From Mesotaenium endlicherianum (taxonomy: Eukaryota), in NCBI GenBank assembly GCA_009602735.1, contig WELA01002449.1:183818-211579 (forward strand): a DNA stretch of 27,762 bases, in the 5' to 3' direction. Numbering within the stretch: the first letter of the stretch is position 1; each line of letters opens with the position of its first letter. Positions 12,173 to 21,117 of this stretch are shown here, piece by piece. The position numbers were made by a program, and so were the translations under genes. Below the pieces are notes generated by a model that was not told where the DNA came from, did not search any database, and worked only from the letters and a program-made list of their open reading frames with translations.

Positions 12173-13133
12173 ATGGCGGCTGCTAATGGCAACACCAAAC
12201 TGGATTCGTCAGCTCGGAATGGCACTGTTAGAGAAATTGGCATTGGTTCTCAGCCTCTCAATGGCAGCAGGTCTCATTCTGACAACATTTCTGGTGAGTC
12301 GTCGGAATTTGCTGCCCAGAAGGCTTTGTTTAAGCAATGGTTTGAGGACCGGTTGGCTTCACTAGTTAGCGATGAAGGCGTGAAAGAGCTTCTTGCTCCT
12401 CCTGCTACTGGTATTGCAGCACCTGCTGGTCCCACTCTTGCTTTCGTTACCCAGCAATTGGGCCAGTTGCAGCAACTCATCACTACTATGGCGGAAAATA
12501 AGTCAACAAAGGCGTCAGACAGCTAGAAGTGGATCCAGCAGGCTAAGAGAATGAAGTTGAAGCAGGATTTGATGGGCAAACAGAAGTTATCTGAAGTCAA
12601 CAGGTTTCATATGAAGACCTGTGCTGAAACTATTGACCTCATCGGCGACACCCAGCTTGCTTTGGACAACCAGAATGTGGAGGAGCCAAAGAAGCTACTG
12701 GCTGAAGGTTTGTCTTCCATAGCACAACATGCTCGTCAGATCAATACTGCATATCTGCATGGTTGGAATGTTGTTGTAGAAGTAGCCAAAGATATGGGAC
12801 TAGGCAAGCTTGAAAATGAGTGGGAGGATAGGGTTGCTAAGGTCTTGTCTAAAAGGGAGAAATCAGAGCCTGCTACCCCAGCTACCAAGGCTGAAGAGCC
12901 TCAGCGCTCTCGTCAACATATTCCTCGGGCAGTTAGAGATAGCTGGGTCTGTTATACCTGCAACACCTCGGGCCATACATCCAAAAGGTTGCCCTTACAA
13001 CAGACCATTCTATTCGGCCAACTCTCTGTTACTACAGAACCATCCTCAGACACAGCAGTCACCCCAGCAATTTAACCCTCCATTCAATCAATTCAATGTC
13101 CCACCCAATTTCAGCCTTCTCCACCTATTCTGA
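12173..13133 (+). pseudogene. gag-like ORF of the DIRS element with CCHC zinc knuckle
   Basis: ORFs 12074-12526 and 12551-13075 share a frame and are separated by one TAG. Removing one A at 12983-12986 gives CYTCNTSGHTSKGC (CX2CX4HX4C). Start codon uncertain. Confidence 0.8.
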
Positions 13134-13599
13134 ACCAGCCTAGACAGCAGCCTGCAGGTCAGAACAGCCAGCGTCAGTAGATCTGAGTCAATCAGACAAG
13201 ATTGTAATAAGGCTGAGGCCATTATTATTATGAATTTGACAGATAATCTGCAATTTGCTAGCCAAAATACGTTTCGCTGGGTCATGAAGAGGCTTGATTT
13301 TGCTCGTAGTTCTGGCTTGCTCTCCGAGGAAGGTGCCTTCCTGAGGTTCTCAGTGTTGCTTTTTATTGTTGGCTTCCACTTCAGAAAGTTTCTGCTTATG
13401 TCAAGCGTGTCAAACATCTGCCATCATGCCACCTCTTGAATCTTCTCCAACCCTTGCCCTTGTTGAGATACCCCCCCCCCCCAACCTCCCCCCACNACCA
13501 TCACTTGTCTGCCAGTGCTTGGGATGAAGATGAATTGAGATTCTTTACCCTATTGGGTAAAAGGGAGGAAGTTTGTTTAGATGGGAAGAGTAAAAATGT

Positions 13600-13849
13600 T
13601 CTTGAGATTTCAAGCCTAGCCAAGCGTCTCACCTAGAGGATCTCTTGGTGGAGAACCTAGTGTAAGAGCAGCTTTGTGCTCTCATGTAATGCCAAAGGTT
13701 ACAGATTAGAGTGGAAGGATGATCCTCCTCAGCCTTTCCAAAAGGACAATCACAGCTCCACAGATAAGAATCTACAATTTGCGAGAGAAGCAGTGCAGGA
13801 ATTACCACTGGAGATGCCATGGTTTGGTCAGATTCTGACCCTCCTCTCT
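13600..13849 (+). pseudogene. DIRS pol, segment upstream of the RT core
   Basis: KRLT*RISWWRT*CKSSFVLSCNAKGYRLEWKDDPPQPFQKDNHSS...FAREAVQEL...SDPPL, resembling the DIRS pre-RT region. It continues at 15117. The 5' limit is approximate. Confidence 0.78.
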
Positions 13850-15111
13850 TGAAATGAATCTTGCTTATTCAAGATTGATATGTTTCATGTAAATATACAA
13901 GATTGGGGATAGGTGAAAGCGTGTGAAATCAGGGAGAAATCTTTGCTCTTATAATGAATCCCGTTTACTCAACTATAACCCTTGACTCACTTATTGTAGT
14001 GTGCCATAGTTGCACACGAATACAAGGCACAAGAAAGAGGCGAGCTTGAGGACTGAAGCTTCTCCTTTAGAAACTCATGGCCTCTTGCCTACCAGGCATA
14101 CAAGCATGTATAAGCACATACACAACATGAGGGGACTGAATAGCAAAGGCGCTCTCATTCAGATGACCATAAAGTAGCTAAAACACATCCCACTGACTTA
14201 GGTGCAAAACCATGGAGTCTGTCCGCTGTGTGACCCCAAAATGTCAGAGGGCATAACTCTGTCAATACTGCTCCAAATTGAGCAAACTCAACGGCAACGG
14301 ATGCATCTTGACGAGAACTTTCCGAAAAGTCCTAGTTCGTTCCATTTGGAGCGCAAACGAAGCAAGCATGTCAATGTCCGTGAAGGCTGGTCATTAGAAC
14401 GAACCCAAAAAGTGCACACATGACTTGCAAGTAGAAATCCGACTGTAAAGCCTACTGTCCAGAAATGAGGGACCACGTGATCCCAGCCTGCTAAGTACCT
14501 AGTGACCAATTGGTTGACCACGGCGCAAGGTGCGCCGTTTCGTGGGAAACTCGTTAAGTTGGGACCCACGGATCTAGGTATAACGACCATATTAATCGAC
14601 CGAAGTCCTCACTGTTCAGTTAAGTGACGACGGCTCCGCCTACCCAGGAGTTAACCACACTGGTAGGACATCGGTTTACCAAATCTCAGTTGACCTCCTG
14701 ACTTTCAGTATACTACGGTCACATGTGCCACTCTACAAATAATTATCTAAATGAATATATCTATCCTCAGCGTACTGAAGCTAAGTATACTGACTAATAT
14801 CAAGCGTGCTTACTATATGTCAACCTATTGATATTATATCCTATATATAAGTGATATATAAATCTCAGCAAGCTATACTATGATAAAAAAAGTCATCCTG
14901 TTGTCCTTTTCAACAACGTCAACAAACTACACTATGATACAAAAGTCATCCTGCTGACCTTTTTGACAAAGTAAGTAAACTCGCATTACATCGACATCGA
15001 CATACATTCATTTAGATGAACTCGCACATGTGAGTATATTGACATGATACTCATTCAGTGTTGTATTTATACATGCAATTAATTAAATAAATAATGATTT
15101 GATTCATTACA
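13850..15111. mobile_element. 1262-bp TG...CA insertion, probable solo LTR
   Basis: TSD tctct at 13845-13849 and 15112-15116. Ends TGAAATGAATC and GATTCATTACA are inverted at 10/11 positions. Removal restores DPPLCISPLHVV. No recognisable coding domain. Confidence 0.85.
14873..14982. repeat. ~53-bp imperfect tandem duplication inside the solo-LTR-like insert
   Basis: cta.actatgata.aaaagtcatcctg.tg.cctttt occurs twice (agtcatcctg at 14891 and 14944). Confidence 0.8.
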
Positions 15112-16101
15112 TCTCTGCATTAGTCCTTTGCATGTTGTGGATGGGAAGAAGCCAAGACTCATTTTGGACCTTAGGATACTGAACAGGTTCATAAAAATTG
15201 TTCACTTCAAGTATGAAGGCATCTCTAAACTGTCTGAAGTTTAGAAAAAGATGTTTACATGTTTGCTATAGACCTCAAGGCAGGATACCACCATGTACCA
15301 ATGCACCCAGCCTTCTACGGGTTCTTAGCATTTAGGCTTGAAGGAGTCACATATGCTTTCTGCTCATTGCCTTTGGACTAGCTACTGCACCCCATGTGTT
15401 TAATAGAGTTCTTAAGGAGTTGGTAGACAAGTGAAGGAGTCAAGGCATTAAGATCTTGCCCTACTTAAATGATTTCTTGGGCTGTACATCAACCTTAGAT
15501 TTGCACTAGAGACACCTGGATTAGGTACTCCAGGACTTCCAATCTGCCAGATTCATTGTAAATAGAATGAAGACTGTCTTAGAACCTTCCAGGATCACGA
15601 AATTTTTAGGTGTAATCATACATTTCAGATCTATGTGGTTGTTTATTGACAAGCAAAGAAAGCAAAAGTTGCTAGCTACTGAGCAAAAACTAGCTTTTCT
15701 TCAAAGGAAGAACTACCTGGTCAAGGTAAAAAAAGTAGCATCTGCAGCAGGCCAGATTGTATCTATGCAACCTGCTTTTGGAGTAATCACTAAGCTGTAT
15801 ACCAGATCTTTTTTCAAGACAATCTCCCAGAAGTCGGAATGGATTGACAAGGTCCCTCTACTGCCTGAGATTGGACTGGAAATTCAGTTTTGGCTTTTCC
15901 ATTTTGACAAAGCACAATGGAGCTCCTACTAGAGCTTCCCTCTCTCCAGATTTGGTATTATTATTGATGACTAAAGAGAGATGGTGGGTAGCCCTCTTGA
16001 AGGATCTCAGGTCAGGCAAGCAGTAGGAGTTATCAGGGCCCATTGGCCCCAAGGTGGAAGGCCTGTCAGAATTGGCTTGCATGGTCGAAGGTGCTATCAG
16101 T
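15112..16101 (+). pseudogene. DIRS reverse transcriptase and start of RNase H (frameshifted)
   Basis: Motifs ISPLHVVDGKKPRLILDLRILN, FAIDLKAGYHHVPM, SLP(F)GLATAPHVF, YLND (mutated YLDD, 15462-15473), KTVLEPSRITKFLG, AGQIVSM and EIQFW. Confidence 0.92.
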
Positions 16102-18283
16102 CACATGCAGCCCAAATGCCTATTTTTTGGACACTTAGGTACGCCATTTGCGGCGGTTTTGTCGGAATGGTCTGAAATTTGAGATTCTCATAAACAACCC
16201 ATATATGTAGATCTTTTTAAAATTTCAGACACATCTGACATATTCTCCGTAAGTTATTGCACTTTTAATGAAAGTGAAGAATTTGTCGACAAAAGTGGAA
16301 ATTCTCTCTTTGTCTCATTCTTTTTGCTTCATACAAGTGACCATCAATTGTCCAAAACTCCATTATTTAAGAGGCTACTAAGAACCCTCATAGGTAGCCA
16401 AAAACTAAAAAATTGCTGGAGTCTTTCTCCTGTTGGCTGCTACCTCGCGCGCTCACTTCATAAGCTCTTTTGATGACATGTGCTTGCCTTCTCTTACCAA
16501 CGCTTGCATTGCTTGAGCATGCTCCTTCTCTTGTTGCGCAATCAACTTGTCTCCCTTTTCTCTCTTTTTCTCTCTGTTGAAGCACTTGCCTTGCTTCATC
16601 TGCAACCTTAGCTCTTGCCTCTCTCATGACTTTTATAGCAGCTTGTTTAGCTAGCTTAGAGGTAGTAGGAGATTGAGGTGCAAAAGTAGCATCAGAATCT
16701 GCTTTTCTTTCTGCAGGTGTGCGCAGATCTTGTGACCTTTGCATTCTCAACTCACGAGTTGCTAAATCAGCAGCTTCTTGCAACTCACAGGCTCTCTTAT
16801 AGTTCTCTCTCTCCCTCTTAATCCTCTTTTGTTCCTTCTGTAGCAAGTTAGCTCTTGCAAGTTGTGCTGCTTCTATCATGGCATCCTTAACTTCAAGCCC
16901 ATGTGCTTGCATCCTAAGAGGGTAATCAGCAAGTCTATACTGTATATGAGTGCCAGTGTCAATATGATGATGTGCCTTCCAAACAAGTCTATCATAACAC
17001 TGGTCAAGGGCCATCACAACATGCCCCCCTCTGTTTAAAACTGAAAATGAAAAATTTAAAGTGAGAGTTTTCTCTCCAGACTTGTTCATCCTCCATTCTA
17101 TGAAAAAAGGGGGGACAATAGCTACCACCTCTCCTGATAATTTGGTAGCCCCAAAGCCCAAATCAGAGTTGACAGATTGGAAGCAAAGAAGAGCATCAAA
17201 ATCCTCTACACTCCAACACACTCTTCGAATACTACAAGACACCATGGCCTCGGTTTTAGTAATATAGTGGGAAACTTCTTTGCCTACATGTGCAAAGAGA
17301 GTCTCAAACAAGTTCTGAGGCACATTCACATCACTAATGCGGACACTTGCTTGAGGAGTAGAGTCTATCCTCTTAAAGACACGTCTTCTATAATTAACAA
17401 GCCAGCCCATAGGGTCCACTTCTACAACCCGCATGAAAGATTTTTTGCACTTCTAACAGTAGAAAAGTCCCACACCTCTTGCTGCACCACAGTTGCTGCA
17501 ATAGTTGGGGAATGATGCCATGTTGTGGAGGGCGATCTTTCCAGCCTGCTTTCGACAATCCTAGCCCCACCCCGAAAGAGAAGAAGTTAAGAGGCGAATA
17601 ATGAGTAATGTAGTACTGTTGTGAACTACTATTGCTCAGGTAAGTATAAGAACTTGTTGTGTAAACAAATAACGAATATCCTTAAATCTGCCCCCAATCT
17701 GTCCCCAACCTGCCCCCATGGTAAAAGTGAAGTAAAAATGTTTTTTCTTCCCTTCTTATGCTGCTTATGTTAACACTTGCACATCCTTGCGTTTCCCAGG
17801 CCGCTTGTACCCCTCTTCACAAAACCACCTCTAAATATGTCTATACGAATTTGTCCACGAATTCACGGGGTGGAAACGTCCCCAACCCATTTGCGGTTCT
17901 TTCAAAGCAGATAACAAACATAATACTTAACAGTACTGTAAGTTAATGGGGCGGCAGTGCAACAAAAAAAGCCATAGTTTTACCTTTTATACGCTCTACT
18001 CTCGTGAATCCGCCACTTTCATTTAGTTGTAAATGCCTCCACACTTTGTCTTTAGTATTTTTCTTTGTTGTGAGGTGTTTGCCCTTAAGTGCTTAACAAC
18101 TTGTAATTAGAACTTGTAAGTGCTAAGAGCGTGTACAGAGAATTATAAAGAAGATAAGCGAGCTGCTGCAACGCGTTCTTAACTTTGTCAAAAGAGTCGC
18201 GAGTGAGATCAATCGCTACCAAATTGGTACCTCCAGCGCCAAAATTAAGTGTCGCGCGATTCGGCCCGCGCGTGGTGCATGTG
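16102..18283 (-). mobile_element. 2182-bp DNA-transposon-like insertion (CAC...GTG ends, 2-bp TSD; possibly CMC/EnSpm-like), no recognisable transposase
   Basis: Ends CACATGCA (16102) and TGCATGTG (18283). Inner inverted motif GACACTTA (16130) / TAAGTGTC (18246). GT flanks both sides. DIRS RNase H-like sequence stops and resumes at these points. Confidence 0.75.
16388..17521 (-). pseudogene. Orphan gene in the inserted element: N-terminal C4 zinc ribbon, globular region, charged coiled-coil; one premature stop
   Basis: The 348-aa ORF (16388-17434) extends 29 codons in frame to ATG at 17521: MASFPNYCSNCGAARGVGLFYC*KCKKSF, with TAG at 17453-17455. Confidence 0.75.
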
Positions 18284-19042
18284 GTGCTGTACAAGCAGCT
18301 ACCCCTGTGGTCCAGGACAACCAGCTGTTGAAAAGATTCCAGGATCATGCTTTATTGGCTGCTATCCAGGAAGGAGTGCATAAGGATCCAGGATCATGCT
18401 TTATTGGCTGCTATCCAGGAAGGAGTGCATAAGGATCCAGTGGTAGCTCACTACACCAGGGAGTTTCATGCCCTTTCTATCCCTAGAAAGATCAATATGC
18501 AATTTGAATGGCTGACTTCTTGCTATAAAGATAGTCTTTACAATAACTCGATGGAGCTGGAGAGAGATGACTTTGAGCTCCACCCTTAAGCTTTTGATCA
18601 GCTTGAGGAAAGATGGGGACCTCATTCAATTGATAGGTTTGCACATATGGACAACACTAAGTGTCTTAGGAATAATTCTAGGTGACTGTACCCTAGAACA
18701 GAGGCTGTCAATGCGTTCACAGAGAACTAGCATGTTGAGAACAATAAATGATTTCCTCCGTCTCAACTCATCTTGCCTACAGTTTTGCATACTATTAGAT
18801 GCCAGGCTACTTGCGCTTTAGTCATTCCAGTCTGGGAGTCAGTCAGCTGGTGGTCTAGGCTCCACAAGGAGAGAGATAGATGGGTCAGCTACATTACTGA
18901 CCATTGCCACCTAGGTCCTAGTTAGGAGGTGCTTATTCCAGGTCCACACAAGTTGGCCTTTGCTGGCAGAGGCATTCCCACTTGCTATATGATGGTATTG
19001 AGGGTGGAGGGGCGCTTGTGCAGACTTGTGGATAGCATGTAA
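18284..19042 (+). pseudogene. DIRS pol 3' part: RNase H remainder and DAM-like methyltransferase (MT) domain
   Basis: AVQAATPVVQDNQLLKRFQDHALLAAIQEG...MQFEW, then DDFELHP*AFDQLEERWGPHSIDRFAHMDN...EAVNAFTEN*HVENNK*FPPSQLI...LVIPVWESVSWWSRL. Confidence 0.85.
18338..18435. repeat. Exact 49-bp tandem duplication
   Basis: tccaggatcatgctttattggctgctatccaggaaggagtgcataagga at 18338 and 18387, followed by tccag. Confidence 0.95.
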
Positions 19043-20092
19043 TCCTGAGCTGAACAAGCTGGATAAGTCCAGTTTGCAGATGGCCCTCAGCATGATGGCT
19101 CCCAGCGCACTGCTGACTTATAATACATATTGGAGAAGATTCCAGGAATGGTGCACAGCTATGAAGGTGCAAGATCTTCCAGCTTCGCCTAATGTGGTCA
19201 AACTCTACATGCTACATCTCTTGAATGAGGGAGTCACCATTTCAATCGACAGACTTTCTTCTGCAACCAACTATTGCATGCACAACCTGCTAGATTTGCC
19301 TAGCCCAACAAAGTCTCTGCCAATTAGAAATCTAAAAAAAACAGCTAAAAAAATCTTCCCCAAGCCTAACCGGGCTAAAGCTTCCTGGCAAAGTCTCAGA
19401 AATCCTACAGCTTTATGCTTTCCCCAGTGCCCCTCTCTCTAAGCTCATGAAAACAGCTGCTATTCTTTTCATGTTTAGAGCAGCTCTCAGATTTTCAAAT
19501 CTGAAGGTCATTAGGCATGACACAGTGAAGCTTATAGGTAGCCCTTCCTTGCAAGCTGTATGGCTTCTCATCCCTAAGGCTAAGACTAATCAAGCCGGAA
19601 GAGGTGAATGGGCAGTGCTACATGCTACAGGCACACTATGGTGTCCTGTAAACATGTCTTGCAGGCTGTTATTTGAATGTCCAGAATATGAGTCTCCAGG
19701 TTATCTCATCCAGGAGCTTAATGCACAAGGCAGGCCTTCAGGCAGGCCTCTGATCTGTCCTTCCCTCTATCAGTGGTGCTGTGAATGTTTTACAGCAATA
19801 GGCTCATATGCTCAGCTCTTTAGTAGCTTCTTCAGCAGCTAATATGCAAGTGCCAGACTCCATTATACAGGAGCTAGGCAGATGGAAGTTACAAAGAGGC
19901 AAGGACCCCTACCTAGTCCAAGAGCAACATGCAACAGCTCAAGAAGCAAGGAAGATAGTGCCCCCTGACAATCCGGCTTCAACCCTCTCTCACTCAGGAC
20001 AAGCTTCTTCTAGCTTTCATGAGATAGCACAGTTCGCAGTGACAGGAGATACTATGGTGACAAATGCTTTTCTTTCTGTCGGGTCAGATTAG
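19026..20092 (+). pseudogene. Tyrosine recombinase of the DIRS element (fragmented over three ORFs)
   Basis: N-domain TYNTYWRRFQEWC...LPASPNVVKLYMLHL; catalytic R in ALRFS; KAKTNQ...G; WCPV; GRWK (19877) and Y (19910). The HxxR box is missing. Confidence 0.9.
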
Positions 20093-20239
20093 TAGGGTGC
20101 TGAATGATGATATTTGAGAGGCAATTCCAGCACCTGCTCCAAGATGCTTACTTGTGCTACTTTACTATCACCTAGAATGCCTAGTATGCATCCTCATTGC
20201 TAGGCTTTTTCATGCTAGTGTGTATTTGTTATGTACTCT

Positions 20240-20440
20240 TTCTCCTCTTCCTCTCTCAGCTCTCTTTCTCCTTCCCGTTCCCTCTCCCTCTCTCTTCTTC
20301 CTCTCTCTCCCTCTTCTCTCTCTCTCTCTATTCTACTCTCAATTCCTACTACTACTCCTAATCGTACTCCTACTCCTACCCCTACTCCTACTCCTACTCC
20401 TACTCCTACTCCTACTCCTAATCCTGCTCCTGCTCCTACC
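20240..20440. repeat. CT-rich tract followed by (TACTCC)n microsatellite
   Basis: Directly visible between YR and repeat B1. Confidence 0.9.
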
Positions 20441-20458
20441 TACATGTGAGCTGTATTT

Positions 20459-20753
20459 GCACTTGTACATATGCATCTTTAATTCATACCTGCATGACTT
20501 TTCATTATTTTATGAGTGAATGAAATACTTGGAACTTCAAATTGAAAAATTGATAAATCAAATTTCAGTTTGAAGTGCAAAATCAGTGAAATTTACATTC
20601 AAACTAGTTCAAGATTTCAAGAAGTATAATCTCTAAGTTCTTAGAAATCATCCTATTCTATTTCAATTCACTCGACGTAGTATCCATGACAGCACTATAT
20701 AGCTCACAGGATTACATGCTAGACTCATTGCAGTGCAAAATTATAGTGCTGCT
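20459..20753 (+). repeat. Internal B1-A2 junction of the split direct repeats
   Basis: B1 (20459-20542) matches 21035-21117. A2 (20539-20753) matches 11840-12068. The two overlap at AAAT. Confidence 0.92.
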
Positions 20754-21034
20754 TGATCCCACCCACCCACCCTTTATATGCTTAGCAAGATAGTTGGTAT
20801 GATCTTGACTAGAAGTAGAATGTTACTCAGAACCAGTAGAAGAAGAGTCATTTGATTACAATTTAGCAGAAGAGTAGTCTATATTAAAGAGTATACAGCT
20901 CAATTTCATTAGATTAGACTAGGATAAAATGAGTCCTAGAAGTAAGAGAGTCAGTAGAGTACCAATCAGTCCCTACGCGCGCGATGAACGAGAGAGAGGA
21001 GCATCTAGTCTCTCCTCCGGCCCGCACACTCGAA

Positions 21035-21117
21035 GCACTTGTACATATGCATCATCATTCATACCTGCATGACTTTTCATTATTCTATGAGTGAATAAAA
21101 TAATTCAAACTTCAAAT
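21035..21117 (+). repeat. Split direct repeat B2 (right terminus)
   Basis: gcacttgtacatatgcatc...attcatacctgcatgacttttcattatt.tatgagtgaat...aacttcaaat is shared with 20459-20542. Confidence 0.92.

Larger units (their letters stand above)
11840..21117 (+). mobile_element. PAT-like DIRS (tyrosine recombinase) retrotransposon, degenerate, with two nested insertions
   Basis: Split direct repeats: A1 (~11840-12068), adjacent B1 and A2 (20459-20753), B2 (21035-21117). Internal order is gag-CCHC, RT, RNase H, MT, YR. Confidence 0.9.

Noticed and set aside
16940..16985. HHHIDTGTHIQY in the orphan ORF as an HUH (Rep/Replitron) motif II
   Set aside because: No convincing motif I or downstream YxxK, and the element has inverted ends. 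Not supportable without a profile search.
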